Assembly (NCBI GenBank): GCA_963833985.1
Contig: CAWIAD010000002.1
Coordinates: forward strand, 2,848,001 to 2,912,000
Origin: an uncultured Planctomycetaceae bacterium
GTDB lineage: Bacteria > Planctomycetota > Planctomycetia > Isosphaerales > Isosphaeraceae
Length of the DNA stretch: 64,000 bases
Reading direction: 5' to 3'
The position numbers and the translations under genes are program-made. Under the pieces are notes generated by a model. That model searched no databases. It was not told the origin of the DNA and saw nothing but the letters and a program-made list of their open reading frames with translations. Below are positions 1 to 14,966 of the stretch, piece after piece. The stretch's first letter is position 1. Each line of letters starts with the position of its first letter.

Positions 1-1
1 G

Positions 2-268
2 GCGATCCTGTCCTTCTTCGCCGGGGCCTTCTTCGGGCTCGCCCACGCGCTCTGGAAACTTTCCATTTACGTGCGGAAATGGATCCGGGGCCAGCAATTA
101 TCGTCGGCCGATCGCGAACTCCCTCTGGGGCCCTACCTGAGCATGGGAGCCGTCGCCATGCTCCTGTCCTGGCCGTGGACCTGGAACGACTGCTTCCGGA
201 TCCAGTTCGCCACCATCGGCTGGCTCTTCTGGCACATGCTGGGAGTCCGGGTGTCGATACCAGACTGA
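2..268 (+). CDS. Prepilin peptidase (A24 family), C-terminal part; truncated by window edge
   Basis: Frame is open from base 2 (AILSFFAGAFFGLAHALW...), hydrophobic, and contains ELPLGPYLSMGA, resembling the iPFGPyLa motif at the C-terminus of PilD-type peptidases. Confidence 0.7.
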   Translation, partial: AILSFFAGAFFGLAHALWKLSIYVRKWIRGQQLSSADRELPLGPYLSMGAVAMLLSWPWTWNDCFRIQFATIGWLFWHMLGVRVSIPD

Positions 269-304
269 GATGGTGCCATCGCCCATGAGCAGGGAGCGTC
301 ATCC

Positions 305-688
305 ATGGCTTACCAGTACAGGCGGCTGCGGCCGTCCATCATCCGCAACCTCTGGGTGTACCGCAGGCTGGTCGGCTCGGCCATCCTGCTGGGGCTCATG
401 CTCTGGTTCATCTGGGCCAATGACACGCTCGTGACCGTCGCCTTCCCCTTCCGGCTCGGAAACCTGACAAGCAGGCTGGGCATCGTCATCCTGCTCAGCG
501 GCATGGTCGGGGCACTGGCGACGTTCCTGATCATGACCGTGGTGCGCACGGCGCGGCGGATCCGCGGTTCGCATGGCTCCCCGGCGTCCCAGGTCCCCGC
601 CGAGATGCCCGAGGACCGCCCGCCCCCCGACTATGCCGCCAAGACCACCGAGGGATTCTCGGGTGCTCCCTGGTCGCCCCGGAACTGA
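305..688 (+). CDS. LapA-family (DUF1049-like) small membrane protein
   Basis: Two hydrophobic helices separated by FIWANDTLVTVAFPF, similar to the LapA F..qN...V.v.f pattern. Confidence 0.6.
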   Translation: MAYQYRRLRPSIIRNLWVYRRLVGSAILLGLMLWFIWANDTLVTVAFPFRLGNLTSRLGIVILLSGMVGALATFLIMTVVRTARRIRGSHGSPASQVPAEMPEDRPPPDYAAKTTEGFSGAPWSPRN

Positions 689-779
689 GCCGGAATTTCG
701 CAACATCCGCCCCTCGAACGGTCGAAAAGAAGACTGGAACGTCATCACCGCTTCGATGTACTTTTGAACACAGGATGCC

Positions 780-1484
780 GTGGGCTCGCACAGGACCGAT
801 TCTCCATGCCTGGGGCCTTCGCGCTTGCGGCGATTCGCAACCACGCCGTCAGCCAGGCCTTGCGCTGCGCCGAGGCAGTCTGGAGCCGGCCTGGCGCTGC
901 TGGCGCTGGCGCTCTGCGGCACGGCGGGCTGCGCGGACCGCGAGAGCTTCCTGAGGACTGGCCCGTCGACGAGCCAGCTCAAGGTCAGCCTCAGCCATGT
1001 CCAGTTCGAGAACGAGCAGTTGCGGACCGAGGTGGCGCGGCTGAAGGAAGAATCGCGGTCGATGGAGGACCGCCTGGTCCAGGAGCAGATTCATAACGGA
1101 GACCTGGCCGCGCGGCTTGACGACGCGCGCAACGTCCTCAGGGATCGCGGGTTGGATTCGGGGACGCGGCTCGGCGCACGCGCCGGGGGAAAGGCACTCC
1201 CGGATCCTGACGACGCCAGCACGCGGCCGCGTACCTTGCCGGCCGGCCGGACCACGCGCAAGCCGCGCAAACCGCCCGCCGCCAGCATCCCCGGCGAGCT
1301 TGACCTGCCCACGGCCGCGGAGGATACCGAGACGCAGACCGGAACCATCTCGCTGCTCTCGCCCACCCCTCCCTCGCGCCGCGCCGTCTTCCCCGACGAT
1401 TCCTCGGGATTCAGCGCCGATGACGACCTGCGCTGGCAGCCGGTGGCGACCGCCCCGGCCGCGCAGCCGGTACCCAGGCGCTGA
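780..1484 (+). CDS. Hypothetical lipoprotein with coiled coil and Pro/Arg-rich tail
   Basis: Hydrophobic stretch ending in lipobox-like TAGC, then heptad-like LSHVQFENEQLRTEVARLKEESR; start uncertain. Confidence 0.55.
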   Translation: MGSHRTDSPCLGPSRLRRFATTPSARPCAAPRQSGAGLALLALALCGTAGCADRESFLRTGPSTSQLKVSLSHVQFENEQLRTEVARLKEESRSMEDRLVQEQIHNGDLAARLDDARNVLRDRGLDSGTRLGARAGGKALPDPDDASTRPRTLPAGRTTRKPRKPPAASIPGELDLPTAAEDTETQTGTISLLSPTPPSRRAVFPDDSSGFSADDDLRWQPVATAPAAQPVPRR

Positions 1485-1573
1485 GCCACCCGGCTCGAAG
1501 CGTTGCGAGCGCCGCGCCGGCGCTGCTACGATCGCTGCGGTGAATTGCAGGGGCTCTGCCGGGATCCGCTTTC

Positions 1574-2179
1574 ATGATCGCGATCATCGACTATGGGATG
1601 GGCAACCTGAGGAGCGTGCAGAAGGCCGTCGAGGCCGTCGGGCACCAGGCGGTGGTGACTTCCGATCCGGATACCGTGCGCCGGGCCAGTCACGTCATCC
1701 TGCCCGGAGTCGGGGCATTCGCCGACGCCATGGCCGAGCTCGATCGTAGCGGGCTGGGCGCGGCGTTCGTGGAGGCCGTGCGTGCCGGCACGCCATGCCT
1801 GGGGGTCTGCCTCGGGCTCCAGTTGCTCTTTGAGAGCAGCAGCGAGGACGGCGCGCACCAGGGCCTGGGACTTTTGCCCGGGAAGGTCGAGCGGTTCGTC
1901 TCGCGTCCAGGCCTGAAGATCCCGCACATGGGTTGGAACACGCTCGCGGCGCGACGGGACGTTCCCTTGCTGGCGGGGCTGGGTCCCGAGCCGTCGGTCT
2001 ATTTCGTGCATTCGTACCACGCCGTTGCCGGCAACCCCGACGACGTCGCCGCCGTGGCTCTTTATCCCGACCCGTTCGCGGCCATCGTCTGGCGCGAGAA
2101 CCTCATGGCTTGCCAGTTCCACCCCGAGAAGAGCCAGCGCGTGGGCCTGGCGATGTACGCCAACTTCGCGGCACTCTGA
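1574..2179 (+). CDS. hisH: Imidazole glycerol phosphate synthase, glutamine amidotransferase subunit
   Basis: IIDYGMGNLRS, LPGVGAF, GVCLGLQ, PHMGWN, YFVHSY, QFHPEKS. Confidence 0.97.
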   Translation: MIAIIDYGMGNLRSVQKAVEAVGHQAVVTSDPDTVRRASHVILPGVGAFADAMAELDRSGLGAAFVEAVRAGTPCLGVCLGLQLLFESSSEDGAHQGLGLLPGKVERFVSRPGLKIPHMGWNTLAARRDVPLLAGLGPEPSVYFVHSYHAVAGNPDDVAAVALYPDPFAAIVWRENLMACQFHPEKSQRVGLAMYANFAAL

Positions 2180-2261
2180 GGCGGACTCGCAACTTGCGGC
2201 GACCCGCGGTCAGAGATACAGTGTGAGGTTGTTGAAGGACCTCTGTCGTTTTGGTGAACCC

Positions 2262-3020
2262 ATGCAAGTGATCCCGGCGATCGACCTGCGCGGAGGGCTG
2301 TGTGTCCGTCTCCGTCAGGGCGATTACGACCGTGAGACCGTCTTTGGCGACGACCCGGCGGCGATGGCCGCGCGATGGCAGGGCGAAGGGGCGAGCCGGA
2401 TTCACCTGGTCGATCTCGACGGTGCGAAATCGGGCCGGCCGGCGAATGAAGCAGCCGTGCGGAAGATCCTCGAATCGGTGCGGGTGCCCTGCCAGCTTGG
2501 CGGCGGCATCCGCGACGAAGCGATGATCGAGCGCTGGCTTCGCGCCGGGGTCGATCGGGTCATCGTCGGCACCCGTGCCGTGCGCGATCCGGACTGGTTC
2601 CGGTTGATGATCGAGTCCTATCCCGGCCGGTTGCTGCTGGGGCTCGACGCCCGCTCGGGCAAGGTGGCCACCGAGGGCTGGCTGGAGACGTCCTCGGTCG
2701 ACGCCGCGACCCTGGCCGGGGAGTTCAGTGGGCTGCCGCTGGCCGGCATCATCTACACCGACATTGCGCGGGACGGCATGCTCGAGGGCCCGAATCTTGA
2801 AGCCACCCAGGACCTGGCGGTGCGGGTGAAGGCGCCGGTGATCGCTTCCGGCGGCGTGGGCAGCCTCAGCGACATCGGTCGTCTCAGCCAGTTGCCGATC
2901 GCCGGCTGCATTGTCGGTCGGGCTCTCTACGACGGTCGGTTCTCGCTGGCCGAGGCCATCGCACGCGCCTCAAAAACGCCAGAACGAAGAGGTGCTGCCT
3001 CCGTACCGGACGAAGGCTGA
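2262..3020 (+). CDS. hisA: ProFAR isomerase
   Basis: MQVIPAIDLRGG, HLVDLDGA, QLGGGIR, YTDIARDGMLEG, IASGGV; start moved to ATG 2262. Confidence 0.96.
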   Translation: MQVIPAIDLRGGLCVRLRQGDYDRETVFGDDPAAMAARWQGEGASRIHLVDLDGAKSGRPANEAAVRKILESVRVPCQLGGGIRDEAMIERWLRAGVDRVIVGTRAVRDPDWFRLMIESYPGRLLLGLDARSGKVATEGWLETSSVDAATLAGEFSGLPLAGIIYTDIARDGMLEGPNLEATQDLAVRVKAPVIASGGVGSLSDIGRLSQLPIAGCIVGRALYDGRFSLAEAIARASKTPERRGAASVPDEG

Positions 3021-3098
3021 AGCACCGTCTGCGCACGCGACCGTACCGAACCACGTTCCATTCGCCATCAAGGCCGATCCATCGGAGATTCTCGTTCC

Positions 3099-5186
<2,088 letters not shown>

Positions 5187-5303
5187 TATCCAGGTGCCGG
5201 CCGGCCAGACCCAGCATGCGGGCTGTGCGCAGTCCGAAGGCGCACGGCCCCACCAGCGCCTGCTCACTTCAAGTGCAGCGCACGGCACGCGGAACTTCCA
5301 GGC

Positions 5304-5843
5304 TCACCAGAATCCGCCGAAGTTGCCGACGCCGAAGCCCATGCCGTAGACGAACCGCGGCATGGCGTAGTTGTCGATATGCCGCTGGATCGAGTTGTAC
5401 CGCGAGATGCCAATCTGCTGCGCCTGCATCTGCTCGGCGCGGCTGGGATAGCCACCGACCCCGAACTGGGCCACGCGCACCGGGTCGTTCTCAACCTGGA
5501 AGCGGTCGCCGGGCGGATAGTACTCGGCATAGCGTCCCACTCCGCCCGGATTGCGGAATCCGGCCGTCTGATCGCTGTTGTAGTAACCGGGGTAGGGGTA
5601 CGCATAGTGCTGGACGATGCTCCGGCGCCGCTGGGGAGCGTAAGCCTGGGGGTGGATGTGATCCGGCACCGCCGGGCGGCCGGCCTGGGAACGTGCGGCC
5701 GCTGCCGCGTTCGGCGGTGTCGGTGATGCGGCCGGGTTGGCCTGCTGCTGGGCCCTTGCCGCGGGTAGCCCGCACAGCAAGAGAGCACCGGCTCCGAGAA
5801 GCCTGGTTACACTGCCCGCCAGCCGAGTCCGTTGGACACGCAT
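5304..5843 (-). CDS. Hypothetical secreted Tyr/Gly/Pro-rich protein
   Basis: Signal peptide ending AARA-QQQ; GC-rich codon pattern; C-terminus YGMGFGVGNFGGFW. Confidence 0.65.
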   Translation of the reverse strand: MRVQRTRLAGSVTRLLGAGALLLCGLPAARAQQQANPAASPTPPNAAAAARSQAGRPAVPDHIHPQAYAPQRRRSIVQHYAYPYPGYYNSDQTAGFRNPGGVGRYAEYYPPGDRFQVENDPVRVAQFGVGGYPSRAEQMQAQQIGISRYNSIQRHIDNYAMPRFVYGMGFGVGNFGGFW

Positions 5844-5897
5844 GAATGCCAGGTCCTGCAAGAAAGGGGATCTATGTTGCTTCTTTGATGCTATTCG

Positions 5898-5913
5898 TGC
5901 AAACCCTATTCCA
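5898..5913 (-). promoter_or_regulatory. Candidate sigma-54 (-24/-12) promoter
   Basis: Minus strand TGGAAT-AGGGT-TTGCA, exact GG-N10-GC spacing, about 55 bp upstream of the 5843 start. Confidence 0.5.
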
Positions 5914-6332
5914 ACCTACATCACGACGGGCAAGAGCCGCGACGACAATCCTCTCGTTTTTTTCACTTTCCCGGGCCAGCCGCGGAGTTGTGGCGACGCA
6001 CGTCTCAGCCGGTTCATCATGTCCTGCCGAGTCACTTCCCCCCGCGCCCTTCTGCGATCTCGCTTGCTTGGCTCCTCATATCGCGCCGGACGAAGCGCGG
6101 GTCGCTTCCAGGTTCGCAGCATCCATTGGCGTTGACGCCTTACTCTGGAGTGCGTGCTCGGCATGCCATCGCATGACATGCCGTCCTTGTTGAGACCACG
6201 GTGCAAATGCCGTGTACCTGCCAATCTGCCCGCGGTTCGAGCCCTGCGCGAGGACAGGGCCGACGGCCTCGTGCAGCCGCCAGGACAGCGCACGTGGCCT
6301 CATGCGGCAGCACGTGGTCTGGCTCCTGACCT

Positions 6333-7606
6333 TCAATCAAGGCTCAGGAGCGGCTCGACGAGCCCGTCGGTCGTGAACCGGCCAACCAGCCACCGCGCAC
6401 TGGTCTGGTAACCCAGGAACGATCTCGAGGCGGGTGCGCCAGGCTGCGATAGATCACGAGCGTATCTTCACGTCCCCAGCTCACGCGCACCGCAAAGGCG
6501 GTGTCGGGGGCACAGACGCGGGACTGCTGGGCAACGGTGAGCACCCTCCAGTTTGGCGGCCTGCGGCAGCGCCTGGGATCCCAGGTGAGCAGGAGCGGCA
6601 TCCAGAGCTTTCGTCCTTGCGCCATGGCGGCGAGCGACAGGCGAGTCCCGTCATCGGCCGCGCGAAGGTGGCCGCGGTCGGTGTCGTAGGGCGCGGCCGG
6701 CAAGGCGAGCGGGAGCGCCTGGGCTTTCACGCGGCCCCGGGCGGAGCGCAAGAGCATTCCGCGACAGTTTTCAAGGCGCTCGGCCGTGATTCCGGGCGGA
6801 AGACAGAACTCGGTATGGCAGAGGGTTCCGGCGAGCGTTCCGGCCTCGGCCTGGACGGCCAGCAGCGCCGTCTTGCGGCCGCGGAAGAGTACGGCAAGCT
6901 GTCGGAGCCGCAAAGCGCCGGAGCGGTAAGACCATTCCAGGCAATCGGCGGCCGAGCTGGTCACCCACGTTCCCGGCCGCGCTGCTGTGGTGAGTGCGTC
7001 CAGGCCGGGCTGCCGCCATTCCGGGCCGAGCCAGGAACAGCCCGCGCCCACCAGCTCCAGCCGGGTCTGGGCCGTTGTGCCGCGATGATCGACGACCAGC
7101 AGGTCGTCGTCCTTCTTCCAGCCTCCGCGCAGTACCGCCAGCACGCGGCGCTGGCACGACCAGGCCGGCAAGGGAGGTGGAACGACCTTGCGGCTCTGGC
7201 GTCCCAGCCACCAGCCGAGCACGCGCCCTTCGGCGGCCCGAGAATGGCGATCGAAAAGCTCGGCAAAAAGAGCCCGGTGATCCGCATCCCTGGTGCCACC
7301 GTCAAGGTCGGTGGCGATGGAGCCTGCGGGCCTGGAGAAACGCAAGGCAGCGCGCAGCAGGCCGAGCACGCGCTCCTCGACGGGCTGTGGCCAGCCCGGG
7401 CGGCTGCGTGCGGCGCGCATCAAGGCGGCAACACAGTCCCACCATTCAAGGAGGTCCAGGCGGACCGGAACGCCGTCGGCGTCCAGCTCCCGGCCCAACC
7501 ATCGAACCAGCTTCGTCGCGTCGCGCTGGTGAATCCAGTGGTCGACCGCCGCGGCCAGTGCATCGAGCGCCGGTGAAGCGGCGCGAACTGCGGGTTGCGT
7601 CGTCAA
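6333..7606 (-). CDS. Conserved-looking hypothetical protein (possible heparinase II/III-like beta-rich C-terminus); frameshift near 6432
   Basis: Likely TTG start at 7606 after AGGAG; after YRSLA a shifted frame gives SRSFLGYQTSARWLVGRFTTDGLVEPLLSLD-stop, a more protein-like end than the listed ORF. Confidence 0.55.
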
Positions 7607-7971
7607 TCCGGGAAGACTCCTGATCACGGCGCGGACGGAGAGCCGCCTGAAGGAACGGGCGCCCGGGTCCGGAGCACCAGGGGCGTCTCGAGGCCAGTCA
7701 AGAGTAATGGATCCGCGGCCCGATCCCCAGTGGCCAGGCAGGAAGAACGTGGGAGTGCCCAGGTCACCCTCCCTCTGTCTGCTGGATTCTTGGGCGGCCG
7801 TGCACACGAAAGTGACTCGGGTTTTTCGCGGCGTGGAGAGCGCGCGATATTCCGCGAGCCGGGATGCGCTCAGAGCCCTCGACGTAACTCCCGATCGCCT
7901 CTCGCAGTCCGGCAGCGGCACGAGAGCGGGCCGGGGGAGAATCGATTTGTCTCAAGTTCGGAGAAAGTCTC

Positions 7972-7987
7972 TGGCATTGTGTTTGCT
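7972..7987 (+). promoter_or_regulatory. Sigma-54 (-24/-12) promoter
   Basis: TGGCAT-TGTGT-TTGCT versus consensus TGGCAC-N5-TTGCW; GG 7973-74, GC 7985-86; intergenic. Confidence 0.7.
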
Positions 7988-7997
7988 CTATACCCTG

Positions 7998-8306
7998 ACG
8001 TGACCTGGAAGAGAAGAAGAAAACAAAGGCTGCACGAGACATACGCAGCCAGGTAGCTCAGGCAGAGCTTCATCTTACAAGCAGCCACCCCACTGGCGAC
8101 GGTCGTTCTGCTCCGGTAGAACGGCTCCCCCGCCAAAGGGCGAGCGGGACGCCTCGCACGACCCCCCGCTCGCCCTTTCTCGAACAATGGTTGAGCTCGA
8201 AGCAAGGCTTCTGGAGTTCCCATCCCGCTAACCGGCCAGTTGATTTCGTACCGTACGACTAAGGGAGAGGTAGTCGTACGATACGGAGTCTCTGGCCGGT
8301 TTTTTT
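7998..8306 (+). ncRNA. Putative structured small RNA, family not recognised
   Basis: Lies between the sigma-54 site and a U-tract terminator; consecutive hairpins at 8028-8050, 8055-8069, 8102-8125 (cUCCGg loop), 8135-8178 (14-bp stem) and 8230-8301; G-U pairs favour the + strand; no credible ORF with RBS. Confidence 0.55.
8230..8306 (+). terminator. Long hairpin with U7 tract (intrinsic terminator-like)
   Basis: AACCGGCCAG 8230-8239 pairs with CTGGCCGGTT 8292-8301; inner stem CGTACGACTA/TAGTCGTACG; T run 8300-8306. Confidence 0.65.
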
Positions 8307-8333
8307 ATTGCCTGCCAGACGCCAGGCCTGGTC

Positions 8334-9314
8334 TCAGGGCCGCTCGGATTTTGATCCGCTGTCCAGGAAACCTTGACCCTTGAGCCAGGTCGCGCAGAGC
8401 TTCGGCCACTCCCCAAACGCCGCGTTGGGACCGATGCCGAACTGGCGAGCGCCTCGGCCCAGCCCCAGGCCGTGCTGGCCCTTCTCGAAGAGGTGGAACT
8501 CGACGGGCACCTTCGCGGCCCGCAGCGCCATCACGAAAAGCAGGCTGTTCTCCGCGGGTACGCCCGTGTCCTCATTGGTGTGTGCCAGGAAAGTCGGCGG
8601 CGTCGCGGAGGTCACCTGGGTCTCGTTGGACAGCGAATGAACGAGTTCGTCCGGGGCATGGTCGCCCAGCAGGTTTCGTTTGGAACCGGTATGTCCATAC
8701 GGCGTGGCCAGGGCGATCACAGGGTAGAGCAGGATCATCCGGTCTGGCCGCGAGCTGACACGCTCGATGGGGTCCTCGGCATCGGTCTTGCCGGCGTCGA
8801 AATGCGTGCCGGCCGTCGAGGCCAGGTGTCCTCCGGCCGAGAACCCGAGAATGGCGATCCGGCGCGGGTCGATGTTCCATTTCTGGGGACCGGCCGCCCT
8901 GACCGTGCGGATCGCCCGGGCGGCGTCCTGGAGCATGGCCGGGTGGTGATACCGCGGACCGAGCCGGTACTTCAGTACGAACGCCGAGACGCCCAGCGAG
9001 TTGAGCCACTCCGCGACCTGTTTGCCTTCGTGGTCCATCGCCAGCATGCCGTAGCCCCCGCCCGGGCAGATGACCACCGCGGCTCCCGTGGCTTTTTCCG
9101 GCGGCGGCAGCCAGACCGTCAGGGTGGGGACGTCGAGTTGCGGATCGGAACCCTTGGCACTCGGAGTTCCCGCCGGCCAGAGGGCCACGACGGGGTGCTG
9201 GGTGGGCTGGTCCTGCCCGGTGGCCTCCACTGCCCGCCCGCCCACCAGCGCCAGCCCGCAGAGCAGGCTCGCCAGGCCAAGCTTCATCCGCTTCCTTCCA
9301 GCCATTCCGCGCAT
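8334..9314 (-). CDS. Secreted alpha/beta hydrolase (acetyl/carbohydrate esterase-like)
   Basis: GGAGG RBS before ATG 9314, signal peptide, CPGGGY oxyanion motif, GFSAGG nucleophile elbow, D(TGV) and GQHGLG triad residues. Confidence 0.88.
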   Translation of the reverse strand: MRGMAGRKRMKLGLASLLCGLALVGGRAVEATGQDQPTQHPVVALWPAGTPSAKGSDPQLDVPTLTVWLPPPEKATGAAVVICPGGGYGMLAMDHEGKQVAEWLNSLGVSAFVLKYRLGPRYHHPAMLQDAARAIRTVRAAGPQKWNIDPRRIAILGFSAGGHLASTAGTHFDAGKTDAEDPIERVSSRPDRMILLYPVIALATPYGHTGSKRNLLGDHAPDELVHSLSNETQVTSATPPTFLAHTNEDTGVPAENSLLFVMALRAAKVPVEFHLFEKGQHGLGLGRGARQFGIGPNAAFGEWPKLCATWLKGQGFLDSGSKSERP

Positions 9315-9438
9315 CGTTCCGCCTCCGGTTGACCACGCCATCAGGGACCACAACCCGTTCGAGGGTATACCGGCCGCCGGGACGGAGCAATCGGCTGGAC
9401 CGTCGGTGCGGTCGGAGGCGCGGAACCGATCCCTCGTG

Positions 9439-10621
9439 TCAATGTCCGGCCTGCTCGGCGATGAGCGCAGCCACGGCACGATCCAGGTCGTCCCCGCGGA
9501 CGTCCTTGAAGCGGATCACGCCCGCGGGGTCGAGCACGAAGATCGAGGGAAAGGAAAGAACCCCCCAGCGGCTGGTGATCGGCCCGGTCATGCCACCATC
9601 CCACCAGCAGCGCCAGGTGATCTCTTTCTTCGCCACGGCGGCGCGCAGCGTCTGAACATCCGCGTCGGTGTTCACGCTCAGGAGCGCGAAGGGCTTGCCC
9701 GCGTAGCGCGCGACGAGCTCTCGCTCCTGGGGATACATGCCCACGCAGGGTCCGCACCAGTTCCCCGAAAACGTCAGCACGACGACCTTGCCGCGAGACT
9801 CGCTGAGCACGAATTGGCTGCCGTCCTGGTCGTGGCCGGTGATCTCAGGTGCTACCTGGCCGATCGCAAGGTTGCGCCGGGCGAAGAGCTCGCCGGCGGC
9901 GATCACCCCCAATGGCCGCTGATCGTACCAGTCCGGAATCGCGCCGAACTCGGCGACGACCCGCTCCAGCAAGGCCTCGGCTTGCCGCTCCAGTCCAGGA
10001 ACGTCGGCCTGGTCGACGAACCGGGTCGTGGCCGCCTTGTGCCGCTCGTGCACATACTCGTCGATCGCCGGCGGCCGCGCGCGGACCTGCGTGACCATCC
10101 TGGCCTGGTTGAGCAGGTAACTCGCCAGCGCGTGGCAAGCCCGGCCACGGTCGAGGTGGTTCGGGTTCTGCTCGAGCACCGAGCGCATCAGGGCCTCGGC
10201 CTCCGGGGCATGTGCGAAATAAAAGAGCCGTGCGCAGACGCGGCCCATACCCGGGTCGCGGATGTGGTCGCGCCGTGCCAGGCCGATCGCCCGGTACGAC
10301 TGGTCGCCGGGGCCTGCCTTGGCCGAGGCGATCACGAACTCGATAGCCTCGACGTCCGTGGGATCCTCCGGGTTGTCGCGAATCAGGTTCAGGGCCTCTT
10401 CCGTGTTCGCGGCCGTAACGGCGTGGTAACGGTCGACCGCGTCTTTCCGGGCCTCCGTCCCGGTCCCCGCGCAGCTCCTCCCCGAACCGGACCCTGGCCT
10501 TGTCCTGCCGCTCGACAAGCGCGGCGAGCCGGTCCCTGGCGAGCACGCCTGGCGGCCCCGAGCCCGCAAGACCGGGCAGAGACAGCATCAACGCGGCCAC
10601 GCACAGCACTCGCCGTATCAT
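9439..10621 (-). CDS. Secreted TlpA/redoxin-family thiol-disulfide oxidoreductase with helical N-terminal region; frameshift near 10466
   Basis: Signal peptide MIRRVLCVAALML in one frame; removing one G from a G4 run joins it to EARKDAVDRY...GQVAPEITG...GKVVVLTFSGNWCGPC. Confidence 0.82.
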
Positions 10622-10741
10622 GTGGAATGCTCCCGTGCCCTCCCCGGAACCTTTTCTCGGGCACTGGTCTGACAGTAGTAAAACTTTAGAGGCTGTCTGT
10701 CAACAGCCGGCCGGCCACGGAATGACAAAAAGCGGCCGAGG

Positions 10742-10756
10742 CTGCCACATTGGCAG
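10742..10756. promoter_or_regulatory. Palindrome upstream of groEL (candidate regulator or enhancer site)
   Basis: CTGCCA-CAT-TGGCAG, perfect 6-bp inverted repeat about 80 bp upstream of the sigma-54-like site. Confidence 0.45.
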
Positions 10757-10832
10757 AGGGAGGATGGCCGTCCATTCCAGACCACTCGACGAAAACCGTT
10801 TCCGCATCAATGTTTATGCAATTCGGGCGGCG

Positions 10833-10848
10833 TGGTACATGAGTTGCA
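10833..10848 (+). promoter_or_regulatory. Candidate sigma-54 promoter of the chaperone operon
   Basis: TGGTAC-ATGAG-TTGCA, exact GG-N10-GC spacing, about 110 bp upstream of the groEL start. Confidence 0.6.
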
Positions 10849-10959
10849 TTTCGGTGCACCATCTTGCTGTGGAGAAGCTGTCGACAAGACGTGACTCGCA
10901 GAGGGTGCCGGGCAGTCAGTCCTCGGCGCACATGCAGAATACGGCAAAGGAGATCGAAC

Positions 10960-12654
<1,695 letters not shown>

Positions 12655-12734
12655 TCACAGGTTCCCGTCACGCAGCGACGACTATCCGGCAACACTGACT
12701 TTTCAGGCAATTCTTGAATAAGGGTGACAAGGCG

Positions 12735-13034
12735 ATGGCAAAGAACACGATTCGTCCGCTCGAGGACCGGGTGGTGATCCAGCAGATTGAGGCCGAGGAG
12801 AAGACGGCCGGAGGCATCGTGCTCCCCGATACGGCGAAGGAGAAGCCCCAGCGCGGCAAGGTCCTTGCCGTGGGCCCCGGCAAGCTCCTGGATTCCGGCG
12901 AGCGTGCCCCGATCGGCGTGGTCGAGGGTGACGAGGTCCTCTTCGGCAAGTACTCGGGCACGGAGATCAAGGTCGACGGCGAGGAGATCAAGATCCTCCG
13001 CGAGTCCGACATCCTGGCCAAGATCATGAAGTAA
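12735..13034 (+). CDS. groS: Co-chaperonin GroES
   Basis: [41 protein letters not shown]. Confidence 0.98.
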   Translation: MAKNTIRPLEDRVVIQQIEAEEKTAGGIVLPDTAKEKPQRGKVLAVGPGKLLDSGERAPIGVVEGDEVLFGKYSGTEIKVDGEEIKILRESDILAKIMK

Positions 13035-13079
13035 CGCGGCATCGCTGCTGGTCTTTCCATCCATCCGTCCGAGGAGCAA

Positions 13080-14711
<1,632 letters not shown>

Positions 14712-14966
14712 TCGATTTGCGGACGGGTGGCTGGGACGCGAGCCGCGGGAGAAGGCTGCTCTCTTCCCGTGCAGCCGCGGCAAATGTACCAGCCGCCCGG
14801 TCGCGATCCTTATAAAACCTGCTCGAGAGGCACGATTCCGTAACTCATCGGGTCATCTGTCACGAACCGGCGTCGTATGATATTCTGGAAATATCAATGG
14901 AGACGGGGAGGGTCGATGGACGGCCCACGCCGATCCGGGAACGTCCATGAGGACTGCTGAGACGCC

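Noticed and set aside
5916..6332. Several short overlapping ORFs between the two minus-strand hypothetical genes
   Set aside because: No motif, RBS or codon pattern favours any frame; treated as intergenic
8000..8056. 18-codon ORF VTWKRRRKQRLHETYAAR at the start of the putative sRNA
   Set aside because: No RBS, GTG start, low-complexity purine run; cannot be supported, although a leaderless peptide is not excluded
10622..10959. CIRCE element upstream of groEL
   Set aside because: No TTAGCACTC-N9-GAGTGCTAA seen here or before groES or dnaJ
14828..14843. AGGCACGATTCCGTA, sigma-54-like site before dnaJ
   Set aside because: The -24 half is good but the -12 GC is missing at the required spacing
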